Below are positions 1 through 14,847 of a stretch of 64,000 bases of DNA, in pieces. The notes below the pieces were generated by a model, which had not been told where the DNA came from, ran no database searches, and worked only from the letters and a program-made list of their open reading frames with translations. The stretch is from Camelus ferus (Eukaryota): NCBI RefSeq assembly GCF_009834535.1, contig NC_045696.1, forward strand, positions 8,620,001-8,684,000, written 5' to 3'. How positions within the stretch are numbered: position 1 is the first letter of the stretch; the number at the start of each line of letters is the position of its first letter. Position numbers and translations under genes: made by a program.

Positions 1-27
1 AATCTCTATTCTTCATGAATGGCAAGT

Positions 28-83
28 ATTCCTATACTATTTTTTAAATATATAAAATTCCTATACTATGTTTTAAAAATATT
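28..83. repeat. Imperfect tandem duplication of a ~29-bp unit
   Basis: ATTCCTATACTATTTTTTAAATATATAAA (28-56) is followed by ATTCCTATACTATGTTTTAAAAATATT (57-83). Confidence 0.8.
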
Positions 84-3000
84 CTTGAAAGATCCAAATG
101 AGTAGCTGATTTACAGTGTACCAATTATAATACTGGTTTACATGTGTTTAAATTTATAATTGAAGAAAATTATTACATTTCTCAAAGAGAAATTGATTTT
201 TTGATGTTGGCTTTTGAACTATATATGATATTACAAAGAATGTTCAGAATAATCATTTTTATAATTCCAAAATACTAACCTTAAGGCATTAAATTTCACC
301 CTGATAATGTCAATGAATCCATGAAAGAAACAAATGATAAACTTTAGTGGTATGTGTGGAGGTACAGAGTTGCTGGTACAAATATCAAGTTTATAAGCCA
401 GGGAACCAACTGGGTTTCCTTTGAGCTGTTTTGCAAATACTGTCCACATTTTCCCACGGAAGTATCAAAATTAAATAGAATGAGGACAGAGAAACAATTG
501 TCCGATGTGATTCTAAGAAGCTTTGGGCAATGGCAAATGAAATTTATCTCAAACATCAGATTCTGTAAGCTAACTGAGAAGTCGAAAGGTACAGGAAAGC
601 AATTTTGTCCAATGTGGGGTTTAATAAGTCAGCAGATCTTTGAAGAAACTTAATTCAATAACTAAAGTCAATTCATAATGACTTATGTTTTTAAAAATCG
701 GATGGCCTTATCTACCTGCCTCAGAAGTTACATCTGTTTATAATAAAAATTTTAAACATCTTTCCAAATTGAAAAAAAGTCACTTAGAAAGAAAAAAGGA
801 ATGAACTTTTGTGCTATATATTCTAACAGTTGTATGATCTTCTCCTTTTTCCAGGTAAAGCCTGAATAATTGCTTTGCTTACATGTTCCTCTGTTAGTGG
901 ACAGCGGAAAGAAAAGAGGAGACTTGTTGGCAGGAGTTGCCCTTTAGTGCGCGGCACACACCCATTTCTTCCCCACTGCAATGTGTGCTGAGCCCCAGGA
1001 AGGCCACAATATCTCCGTAAGTAGGTTCTTAAAGCCTGGGAGCTCTCAGGATTGTTGAGGGTACCTTATTAACTTTCTGTCGCCTGCTGAGAAAACATTG
1101 TTTATATAGAATTGGCTTATTGCTAATGAGAGCATCTATTAAGACATAACACTGGCAAGGCATACTACAGACTATTTTTCTAAATATTTTCTTTCAGATC
1201 TCTCTCCTTCCAGTTGATGGTATTAAAGAGTCAGACATGTAATCGCTCAATCCTTACTGGAAAAGGCAAACGGATTTTATTAAGATTAGAAAATTTCCCC
1301 CACCCCATTTGTCTCTTCCCCACCAGTGTCTCAGCAATGGCCCCTTCCAACCGTGGGATGCTAAATGGTTCCAATGTTTTCCTCTTCCTGTAATAGTCAT
1401 GCATATGCCCAGCTGGTGTGTCTCCCCTGCCTCATGAATTTACAGAGTGGCCCCAGCTAGGCTCCCTCTTATCTTGGGGGCACTTGCCAAGGCTGATCCA
1501 AGGAGAAACAAATTGTGGAAGAGAAGGTTCACTTTATTTAGCAGAGCTCTGACCCCTTCAGTGCCTGTAGCTTTTGGATACAGCTCTGCGCCCCATCACC
1601 CCGTGCCCGCTCTCCCAGTTTACACCACACTCCCCTGTCCATTGTCTGCTGGAGACTCTGATGACAGCATCTCATTTAGGACTGAAATAGATCTTGACCT
1701 TCACCCAGCTGCAGGGCCGGGCTCCACCAACATGGCGGTGGATGATAGTGGGTAACAAGCGAAACTGATTTCTAGTCTCTCGTCTCCATTTTCTAGGATC
1801 CAAGTGAATTCTACTTGGCCAGAGGGAGAGAAGAGAAGAGGAGTTGAGACCTCACTGTCTCACTGCAGGGAGCAGCAGGTTATGAGCCCGGGGTGCATCA
1901 CGTGTACTGTGGCCCCATGGCCCTCCCAGCTCCTGCCTGCACACCCAGGTGAGTTCTCCAGGAGTTCTCTGGGTGGAAGTCACCAGCCTGGAGCCATTTT
2001 TCCTGGAGGGAGGCTCTCTCTGGAAAAGCTGATCTACATTCCTGCTGGGATCGATGCTGTAGAGACTGCATTAATTGGTAAGTCGTGAAGCAGCTGGTTT
2101 TGTCTCAGCTGACAATAATTATGGATTAGGCTGCCCGGAGCAAGAGTGAGCAAATGGTCTGGAGAAAAATCAGCAGTGAAACTTTACATTTTTTTTTTTT
2201 TGGTAACATCTAAATCAGCAAAGGAAAAATGATGTAGAACAAAGGCTCATGAGTCTAGGAAAATATGGGGAAGATTCTGGGCAGTTTAATGTACAGCTAT
2301 TCCCCCTACATCCTTCATTCCACTCTGGAACTTCTTCTAGGAGACCATGTTGCTTAATCTCTGTCCCTCCTTTCTCTGTTGCCCTATACTCACCGCCTCC
2401 TGGTTCTGTTGATGTTTCAGCCCCATTTCTGCTTTCCCTGCTTCTCCTTAGTGGTCCTGGTTCTGCATTCTAGAAGCCCCTTGTCATGGCCTGTTAAGGG
2501 TAGCCAGAATCTAGTTTTCTTCAGAATATTAGTCACATGTCAATTTTTGTTATACCCAAAGATCCATGATCAGCAATCATCCATGAATTTTTAGTTCTCC
2601 CACAGGCTAAGTAAAAATACAAAAATTAAAAGACACTGGGAGTTATGGTCACTCAAACACCATCTCTTAGATTTCCCAGGACTGCCCTCTTTCAAATGGG
2701 CTGTTTCACCATTTCCTTCTGCACTTCTGTCTCATTACCCTCCCAGATTTTCTTCATGCACTCATCACTGTTAAAAATGGAAACAGAAAATAAGCAAGAG
2801 CACAAAGAAATAGTGTCCCATGAGCCCTGAGCAATGCCAGACAGATCATAAGCATTGACTCAATGAATGAGTAATAATTTTTTTAATTTCCCACTGCCAT
2901 AATGTGCTGTATCTAGCATTAGCAACTTAACCAACAAGTAACATTTGCTTTATAAGAGAAAAGGTTTTCGAGATACTTTTTCTAATGCTGGTAACATTTC

Positions 3001-5163
3001 ACCTCCACATTTCGCTATATTTCAGGTTGATTTCAGTAGACTTTTGATAGAACGCTGTGAAATCCTTATATGAGTGGTAAGGGTTTGAATTCAGAAACAG
3101 ACAAGGCTGGGAAAATGGTCTTTTTGAAAATCCATGCTTTTTGATTGTTTGGCATTTTTTTTTTTTTTTTTTGGCCTTATCCAGGCATACCACTTTCCAG
3201 GCTATACTTCTGTTACCCCAGGGGGTAAGTCTGTTCACAAAAGCCCTCTGTGACGTGGTCCTTTCACTGTCCATCATCTCTACTTTGAACAAAGGGATTG
3301 TTGTTGAGCTTTGTGGCGTGACTTATCTCAGAAGTGGCGCCATCCCGTTACCAAATAACACAATGAGGGATCATGTAAGAGTGCTTAGGGTTGATTGAAT
3401 TTAACAGTGTTCATCCAGTTGGTGTGGACACACAGAACAGAAGAAGTCAGTATTGTAGGTCTGATGACTTTTGGGACCAGTGAGTTCTGTTTTGTTCCAT
3501 GGATTTGCCAGTTGTGGGCATAAAAACATCTGATGTGAATACGGTTGAAGTTGAATCAGCACAAATGACTCATTCTTACTTTAAAAACTAAGACAAAAAC
3601 AAAAAAGTGGGAGTCTTTGATGAACTTGCAGGCAAAATCTCAATCTCTTCCCCACGTATACATACCATATACACACGTATAAATATAATCCTTATTTTGT
3701 GAACTGGTTGACAATCAGATATATCGTTTCCATACTGGAAGGTGACTCTAAGCAGACACTTTTAGGAAGCACCTACTGTGTGTCATAAAGGAAGGCCAGC
3801 ATCTCCTGTCTAGGGTCCTTCCTTCTAGGCTGACCCTCTATAAATGTCTCAAGGACTTGGCACTGACCCCCTTGTTTACCTGGCTGACCTCCATGGTTAA
3901 CAAAATGCTGTTTTGCATCTAATGAATTTGCCCCGCAGGCACAGGAAAAGGGTTGGTTCCACCATTTTCAGAAACCAGGCAACCGATAAATTTAACAGGA
4001 TTTTGTTGACGTTAATTGGGTTTGCACTGGTGTGAGGCTTTCTCGCTCCTGGCTCATTTGTCTTCTGGATCATTTGAATCGCCCAGCTTCTGGGCCAGCT
4101 AGTCATTCAACCATGTGATTCCAGGCTTAACAATATCTCCGAGTCACTGGCGACTCAGCCACACTTCAGTTTATTGCTCAATAAAATAATAATAACAATT
4201 TGTTCAGACATTTAACCGGCTTGCGTTTCTCCAGGGGCAAAATAAAGCTTTCTAGTTTAAAGAAGTGTGTGTTTTTACTTCCTTTTTTTTTCCCCCCAAA
4301 GAAATAAGTCAAAATGCTTTTGGTATTAAGCAAAGTCTCTTTCCAGAGGTGTAGCTACCGACACCTGGGGAGAATTCTAAGACTTGGTTTCAGAATTGAT
4401 GACAAAGTGGAAGAGACGTGGGGGCAATTTCTATGATGGAGGTGCACACACGCACAAATACAAGTTGTTCTATCTTATCAAATAAACTATTTCGTAATTT
4501 CTATGTTATTACAAAACTATGCTTTGCCAATCTGTCCACTGGTAATAATCAGTATCAATTATAACAGTCTTACTCTGTTTCCAAGGGGCAAGAATATGTG
4601 AGTGATAAGTTTTTGTTTTGTTTTTGCTGTAGGTGCTCACTTAGAGGTGCGTCTGTCCTTAGGAAGTTTCTGTGTTGGCTGTGTGCGAGTTAAGTCATAT
4701 GCAAAGCTGACAGCTAACTGGCAAGTGGGCCTTTATATCCACAGACTGGTTATTGGACCAATCCAGGGTGAAGGGCTATTTTTTAATAATTTCAAGTCCA
4801 TTCAGGACTGGTGCTGTTGTAACTTACAATTACAATTAATTATCAGAAAGCGGATCATGGGTTTGAATCTCACAGCAATGTCATGTTGCTATAAATGTCT
4901 CTAAGGACTTGACTCCCAACTTCTGTGTTTCTCTCAGCACAGAATGATTAGGAATGATTCCTGAACCACACTGGTCACAAACCTCACTCTTGGTAGCTCC
5001 ATCCTGAACGGTTCAGAAAGCTCTACTCCTGGCTTAAAATAAATGAGATACCATGGAACACACACACACACGCATGCACTGGGATAAAAAGCAGTGAGAT
5101 CCAAATTAAAAAGACTGTTACATCATCAACTTGATAAAGGTCTTTTTAAAGCCAGTTTCTTTT

Positions 5164-5663
5164 CTGTGCTTTTTTAAATGCCGATTTTATGGTATGGTTC
5201 CTGTGCAATAAACTACACATATTTCAGATGTACAATTTGATCAATTTTGATAGATATATACATAAATGAAACAACCACCAGAATCAAGATAGCTAACATT
5301 TCCATCACTCCCCAGGAGGCGCAAATTTCAAATTTCTAATTTATCCCTTCCCACCCACTTTACCCCCTGGTCACCGTAAGTTTGGTTTCTGTGTCTGGGA
5401 GTCTATTTCTATTTTGTAGATAAGTTGTGTCCTTTTTTTTTTTTTATTTTTAAGATTCCGCATCTAAGCTGTACCATATGGTATTTTTCTTTCTCTTTCT
5501 GACTTATTTCACTTAGAATGACAAGCTCCAGGTGCATCCATGTTGTTGCAAATGACATTATTTTATTCTTTTTTTGGCTGAGTAGTGTTCCATTATATAT
5601 ATATCCCACATCGTCTTTATCCAATCATCTGTTGATGGACACTTGGGTTGTTTCCACGTCTTG
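5164..5663 (-). mobile_element. 5'-truncated chimeric LINE-1 insert: younger L1 3' region (~5320-5663) joined to an older L1M-type 3' tail (~5185-5316)
   Basis: Minus ORF 5409-5624 resembles the L1 ORF2 end (SFATTWMHLELVILSEISQKEKEKYHM). TSD TAAA(G/T)CCAGTTTCTTTT at 5147-5163 and 5664-5680, followed by AA (TTTT/AA endonuclease site). Confidence 0.85.
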
Positions 5664-6604
5664 TAAATCCAGTTTCTTTTAATAGCTCACAATTCAGGCA
5701 TACAGGGAAAGTGCTTTTAAATTGACTTTATTGTTTATGCATCCTAATCTAACCCCTTTTTGAATCCTGTCAGCAGTCAACATGCAGGTGGACGGAACAT
5801 TTGAGGATGGGCTGCTTTCTGTCAACCTGCTTCAACAATTAATACAAAAACATTATAAAATTCCTTCAAATCCCTGAAAAAAACCCCGTTCCTTTATATT
5901 ATTTCATTCCTGAATGCTATTTCTAGGATACATATAATCACCTATTGTTTTCAATGGCCAAGGTATATCTTTGTGCAAAGGCTGGCAGAACTCAGGGCAG
6001 ACAGTGACCTGTCCCCACATAGAGGGAAGGGAGGTGAATTTCTGACTCTGCTTTTACTAAGGGACCAAACCAATAAGAATTTCAAAAGTGGGTTACCCAA
6101 ATATTTAGACATAGAGTCAAGTTGGACTTTGGTGTATTTCTAGTACTTGTTTGTGTACTCAGACGTCCACGTGCATAGAGATGTTCCAATCAGCAGTTTC
6201 ATCTTGAGTCCACATGTTGATAAGGATGCAGGTTTGCCATTGTGACCAATGTCTCCTGAACCCATTAGAAGTGTAAGAGTTGGAACTGATCTGGCAATTT
6301 GCTCAGTGAAGTCGGTGGAGCCCAGACTCTCTCTGTCTTGTTTCTCCATCCTCCTGGCACACCGGTCATTCTGTATGGTCCCAGCTGCATTTCAGCCAAC
6401 AAGAAGGGGGCTGTGGGGGAGCAAGGGAGAACTCGCCCCTTCCCTTTCAAAGCATCCCCTGTAAGTCATATACAGCCCCTCCTCACACGTCCTATTGGAC
6501 GGTGCACCGAGATGAGCCCAGAAACTGAGCGTCAAGTACTGAGGAAGTTTTATAGCAATATGACATTGCCACAAGATCGAGAAAAGTTCATTTTCTTATC
6601 ACTA

Positions 6605-6997
6605 ATTTTTTAACTGAAGTATAGTCAGTTTACAATGTTGTGTTAATTTCTGGTGCACAGCATACTGATTCAGTCATACATATATATATTCCTTTTCATA
6701 TTCTTTTTTTTATTATAGACTATTACAAGATACTGAATATAGTTCCCTGTGCTATACAGTAGGACCTTGTGGTTTATCTATTTTATATATAGTAGTTAGT
6801 AATCTGCAAATCCTGAGCTCCCAATTTATCACTCCCTCCTCCTTCTCTCCTGGCAACCGTAAGTTTATTTTCTATGTCTGAGTCTGTTTCTGTTTTGTAA
6901 ATAAGTTCATTTGTGTCCTTTTTTAGATTCCACATATGAGTGATATCCTATGGTATTTTTCTTTCTCTCTCTGGCTTAATTCACTTAGTATTACAAT
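6605..6997 (-). mobile_element. LINE-1 3' UTR fragment (camelid/artiodactyl type)
   Basis: Typical reverse L1 3' end (GAAGTATAGTCAGTTTACAATGTTGTG...TTAGATTCCACATATGAGTGATATC). Highly similar to the copy at 24643-25141. Confidence 0.9.
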
Positions 6998-8509
6998 TTT
7001 TATTGTATTTCACAAAAGTATCAGTTCTCAACGGATTCAGATTTTTTAAAAGAAGCCTCTTTGCTCCAGATAACAATGATCCGGTAACTGATTTGCAGTT
7101 ACAAAGGCCTATTTGTGAATTGGCCACATAGCTGTAAAGAAGGAAATGTGTTCTGGAGGTGATTCTGGACCATCATATGCCCACATAAATATGGCATTAC
7201 TGTGGGGAGAGGAGATGGAGATTGGGGACCACTAGCCACAGGCACCTTTCCAAGTCCCCTGTCTTGGTTGGCTTTGGTTCCCAAGTAAAGTTTCAGTTGT
7301 TTACCTGACCATCACTTGCTGAGATGTGAGGCAGTGATGTGCTATCTGGCTTTACCAGGGCGTCCTCACACCATCCCTTGCTTCCTCTCAGTGTCAGTTT
7401 GCTGCATGTGAATAGCATCCAGCTCTTTGATCTAAGTGTTGAAGGAAGATTTCATCAAGATCTAATGTATAAGCACTTGTGATAAAACACAGCAGAAAGC
7501 TGAAATTCCTTACATCAAATGCTTCAAGGTAGAGTAAAGAAAATGTGTCTTTGGAGGACCAGTGCAGAATATACAGGGAACATGTGGGGCACATTCCTAT
7601 GTGTATAGCTTTGTCTCATTGCAGTAATTATCCAATGGCTAAAAAAAAAAATAGTGGGTAGAGTCTGCCTTTCTGGAAAGAATTCTGTGTGTGCCTTGAA
7701 AAACAAACTCATAACCTGGCAATTGAGCTGTTTACCCTGCATCAGTGGAAATACCCAAAGGATGGGGTGGGGGGCATGGCCTTCCTGTACTTTCTGCAGC
7801 CCCTGGGGCTATTTATGGGGTTTGAGATCTCCTTGCATGCCCAGCCCACACCTGACAGGGCCAGTCAGAAACCTATCACGCAACACTTTGAAAGCCATTA
7901 CCATTTCCCCCCCATTCCCTTCCCCTCCCTCCCTCCTTCCTTTGCTTAAGAAAGTCTGGGCCATGATTATTGGGAGCCTTCAACCAGAAACACTGTACTC
8001 CCTGGCTCTGTTGACTGAATAAGAGACTGCATCTCCTTGGCTGCTCGGGGTGGAGATGCGGGTGGTGTCCCGAGGGAATCTGAGTCTGTCTAGGTTTTAC
8101 TGCAAGTTTATCTTGGGGGGCATCTAGGTAGAGGGGATGCACTGAGGGAAGTGAGACAGTTATGGCTGTTTTCAGGATGGTACTTTATTAAAGGAAGGTC
8201 TGCAGCCTTCCAGAAGCAGTGCACTAGAACCATCCTCATGGCATCCATAGAGAAGGTGCACACTGGGCTCGTGCAAGCTTCATTTATTTATTTAAACAGT
8301 TTAAAACTCTGACATCTGACTGTCTCTCCGAAAGAGATCTGTCTTTATTGAGAAAGTTACCCCATTGTGCTGTCCGGAGCTGAGAGTTGGGATTAAAAGG
8401 GATCGGCTGCAGGCAAGAACACCAAAGAACTGCAGAAGAAAGAAATTAGATGTGAGGGTTCGAGAGACGCAGAGAAGGTAAAGGAGTGGGGAGACTGCCC
8501 ACTGATTGA

Positions 8510-8630
8510 GGAAGTTAAGGGGAGTGGTGTCTCAGCATTGTACATCTATTAAAAACCATTCCGTCATACTTCAAACAGGTGACTTTTATGGGGTGGAAAT
8601 TGCATCTCAATAAAGCTTTGAAAAAAGAAA
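8510..8630 (+). mobile_element. Old L1M 3' tail fragment
   Basis: Ends ...GACTTTTATGGGGTGGAAATTGCATCTCAATAAAGCTTTGAAAAAA, like L1MB/ME termini with AATAAA and an A tail. Confidence 0.6.
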
Positions 8631-9120
8631 GCAAAGGTGTGTCTAGTACTCAAGTGTGAGGGGCTTGCCATTACATTACTTCAGGGTCACTTCCAAATGC
8701 CTCCCCAGGATTTAGCAGAGCCTAGGAAAACTGATTAGACCTTGTGAGAGGGTTTGCTTGTATATTTGTTTGGCTTGGGTGGAAATCTAGGAAAGGAGTG
8801 GCATCCATATTTGGGTTAACATGGGTGGAAGGAGACACTGTGCACTGGGGCAGAGATGGTCCGTAGATTCCTAGCTCAGTAGACCCCGGGGCTCAGGGCC
8901 AGAAGCATCCAGGAGAGTGTGAAGCTGGGATGATGGGCGGACATCTTGGGAATGACATTAGATTCTGCTCACAACGTGCAGTGGAGACTTACTGGAAAAC
9001 TACAGAGCCTCTAATGGCAATAAATTTCTCTTAAATACAGCAGAATTTTCCAATTACATGCTTTGGTATTTACTTTGGTGGAATGCTTACTCTTCTGGCT
9101 CAAGCTCTATTCCATTAACT

Positions 9121-9408
9121 CAGCTCTTTCAGAAGTGTGTTCTTGGGATTAATAATTCTAGGAGATATGCAGTGAGAAGAAAGATTAGACGGTCAAGTAC
9201 ATTTGAGGAAACTCTGCAAACTCTATCTTCCTCTGAGAGTCACAAGAGACAGTATTGTATTAGAGGCTCTGAGAAGGTCTGCAATAGGATTCATATTTCT
9301 CTTTAGCCCAGTGTTTCCTACACTTAGCTGACCACTGACATTTTTTTTCAAATAGCACAAATCATCAGAGAAATCCCTGAGAATGTCGCCTCACTTGAAG
9401 GAATTTGC
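9121..9408 (+). mobile_element. MER103C-like hAT-Charlie MITE
   Basis: Matches recalled consensus segments (AAGTGTGTTC..., GGTCAAGTACATTTGAGGAAA, GGCTCTGAGAAGGTCTGCA, CCCAGTGTTTCCTACACTTAGCTGACCAC). Confidence 0.7.
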
Positions 9409-10589
9409 ATTTGAGCAAAGGACTTCCACGTGGAGCCGAGATGGAACTCCACATCATTCTGTGCTTAGTATTTTCTCATCCATTTCTTCATTCTTTCGGG
9501 CACAGTCTTCTCCCAAAGTGTTTGAAGGCAGTTTTGGTTTCGTTTAAATGAGGTCTGTGCGATTGGCTCTGTCAGGGCTGGGGAGCCGGGGTTGCTTCCT
9601 ATTTGTCAAAAGCAGCAAACTGTTGAACTATAATCATTCAGCGACCACAGAATGCCTCTGGGGAACTGATGCTGTCAGATCTGGATATTAGTCTTTGGTG
9701 GCCTGACTGTAGTAATTAATACATAATGATAATGCAAATGCTAATGAAATTAGCAATGCAATTGCTATTAATATGGTTTAGGCGTATCGTTACTGGCTTA
9801 CCGCCTTCAGTGAAAGTCTTTGCTCAAGTCAGCCTCCCTTCCCGATACTACGTATCACAGCAAGTTAACACTTCTCTTTGGATCCCCTGCCTTGCATTTA
9901 GTAACTTCTAATCACGCAGAACTGCTCCATGCTGCTTTATAATTCTTTTTTATAACTTCTGAATGAATACCACAAATATAGCAAATGTTCCCAACAGACG
10001 AGATGCATGCCAAATATCAGACTGGAGGAATTAAAATAAAAATAGTGGTTTAGAACTCAAATGTAGCAAATATTGTGAGGTAGGAACAAGGAGAAATCCA
10101 TGCAGGGTTAATATGCTGGTTGTTACGGTAGACAACTCGCTTAGGTGCCTCCGCAGTGCAGAAGCGCAGGCCTTCCTAATGGTGCGCTCGCAGATGTCTT
10201 TTCATTTGTGTAATTTCTACCTCTGCCTAGGACGCAATAGAACTTTGACACATTTGGAGAATATTGCTTTACTCTGTGAATTTTTCTGGTTCATAATTGG
10301 GTGAAGGGCTGATTTGTGCTGTCCATGGTAGTGACATGGTGCGTCTTGTAACGACCGGTAATGTGACGGGGAATTCTCCAGGCTCTTCCTATCATTTTCT
10401 CACCCTTCAACTATTTCTGCATTCCCTTGATTTCTCCTCCGTCATGTTGTCTCTTGACTTCTGCTTCTGAGTCCTCTTCACTGTTTCCTCGTCTGGTGAC
10501 CCATTCTAGGTACATCTCTAAGTGGGGGTACACTTGACTTTGGTAGAGTTTTGGTTGTCTGTCTCTTCTATTTTAGTGTTAGTGAAATC

Positions 10590-11040
10590 ATGTGTCAAAT
10601 AAGAGTTTCTGTGAAAACCTTAGATCACATGACAAAGCCGGTGGTAATTAAGAAGGTTGTCCTTACCGTGAAAGACGAGGGAAATAGCAGAGTGGGCTCA
10701 TTAGGTTAGTAACAGAAAGCGGCTATCTCATAATGGGTATCTAATGGAACCATTTAATAAAAATAGGTACAAAATACTAGTGTAATTAGATGAAAGGTCA
10801 TAGATATCGTCAATTTAGGTGGAGGTGATATGAGAAATAGGAATTAAAACTTCCAGGAAACTATCTCCTGGAGATTATTTGAACCGCAAAAAAGTGGTTT
10901 GCATTTCCAGCTTAATAGCCAGAGGCACAGTACGCCTTGTGCTGGGATGGTGGAGAGAGAACTCTGCAGGTCATCGCTCGCTGGAGTGTTGAGGGTTAGG
11001 TCTCGTGCGTTACCTGATGCTAGAAAAATAGAGCTGCCTG
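10590..11040 (+). mobile_element. Highly decayed CR1/L3 LINE fragment
   Basis: Patchy resemblance to the L3 RT/3' region (ATTTAATAAAAATAGGTACAAAATACT; ACTCTGCAGGTCATCGCTCGCTGGAGTGTTG). Confidence 0.35.
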
Positions 11041-11837
11041 AACTCTCAGTCCCTGAAAGGAACTAACCCGCTCAACTGTTCCTTGACTGGTATCAGTGAG
11101 TTTCTTTACAAGATAATTATGGGCAAGATTTCCAAAGGAAAAATGATCAACTTTTCTATTACTTAAGAAAACAACAACAACAACAAAAAAGACTAACTTC
11201 CATTAGGATTTATCAAATTTTACCTTTACAGCATACGAGTTTCGCCTTGTGACGATGTTTCCCAGCATGTCTGCACATGTGACATTCAACCTCCTTTGTT
11301 TTCCTCTCTCTCTATTAATTCCTGCTGCATCTAAGGCGACTTAAAGGCTGCTTCTCTCTGAAGTGACTCCTGACCTTCACTGGCAGTGCCTTTGGCTCCC
11401 ACTCTTGCTGTTGGGGATGTGCCTTGCCTCTCCCGATGGACTACAGGCGGCAGAGTGGGAGGTGCCCCTCTTACCCATTTTGGTAGTGTTTTGTCTTTTT
11501 CGTCCTCACGTCTCTTGTGCCTGGAGGCGTGCTTGGCTGCTTGGTTCCTGAGGAGTACACAATAGATATTTATGAATGAAATAATCAATGAAAGGAGAAC
11601 AGAGTTGGCTTACTGAGAGCTAGCAAGTGTGTGCATCATGATTGTTCCTCTTGGTGGCAGAGAGAGACTCTAACTTGAACCTCCGTCTTCAGGGATCCAG
11701 CACCTACGTGGCACATACAAGGGCACCTCGTGGCGTCAACATCTGCTTCAGCAGCTAACACTCTTCTGGTCCCACTCCCCTCTTGTCTTCTTGTGTGATA
11801 ACTGAGTCCAAATGCCATGAAGGAGTGTGGGTCTATT

Positions 11838-11925
11838 ATTGGCAAGTAAAAATATAGGCACCCAGTTAAATTTGAATTTAAGATAAACGGTAAGTATGTT
11901 TTAGTATAAACATGTCCGCATACAC
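11838..11925 (+). mobile_element. MER53 left-arm fragment
   Basis: AAATATAGGCACCCAGTTAAATTTGAATTTAAGATAAAC...TTTAGTATAAACATGTCC matches the MER53 arm and the fuller copy at 60679-60873. Confidence 0.75.
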
Positions 11926-11949
11926 TGTAATTTATGTCAACTTTGTGTT

Positions 11950-12511
11950 GGACATGGACACAGCTTTGCAGAGACCCCTTGAGAAAAAAATGAATGAACG
12001 TGTGCATCCTTTTCTTCAATATCGTGGTGACGGTGTATTCTTGCATAATGAATCATCACTGTCCGACAGTTCCAAAAATCCATATTCTTGCTTCTCTCTG
12101 TGTTCCAATTTGCAGTTTTGAGGGTACTTGTCAATCAGGGAATTACTATGGTATGATCAGCTGTTGTTCATGGTAGCTGAGAAATATTTTTGCAACATTA
12201 AGCAATTGCCATTATTACTGAATTTGTTTACGTGTAGGTTTGATGTAACCCGCATAAGGCAAGATACTGCTTTTTCACACATTCTTAGATATTTACATAT
12301 TACTTAGATATTGCTTTAAGAAATGGTGGAAATGAGATATAAGTGATAGTGATCTGTAGGATGAAATTAAAATATTTTGTAATATTTTCTATTTGAACAC
12401 CTATGTAAAATTCATGCCTTGTTTCCAAATTTAAGTACTGCTTCAAAACTGTTATTGATAATTCCATTCTCGATTGCCTGAACAGAGCAAAGCTTTTCTT
12501 TGAAATTGAAA
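11950..12511 (+). mobile_element. Fossil hAT (Tip100/Zaphod-like) DNA transposon, left part, transposase C-terminus
   Basis: From 12416 it translates ALFPNLSTASKLLLIIPFSIA*TEQSFSLKLK, matching the hATC dimerisation motif FPNL..AL.ILLTIP.S.ASAERSFSKLKLIK. Left boundary uncertain. Confidence 0.75.
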
Positions 12512-12522
12512 AAAAAATTGTT

Positions 12523-14847
<2,325 letters not shown>

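Noticed and set aside
10316..10335. RE1/REST-like site GTGCTGTCCATGGTAGTGAC
   Set aside because: Two substitutions fall in the critical GGTGCTGA half-site.
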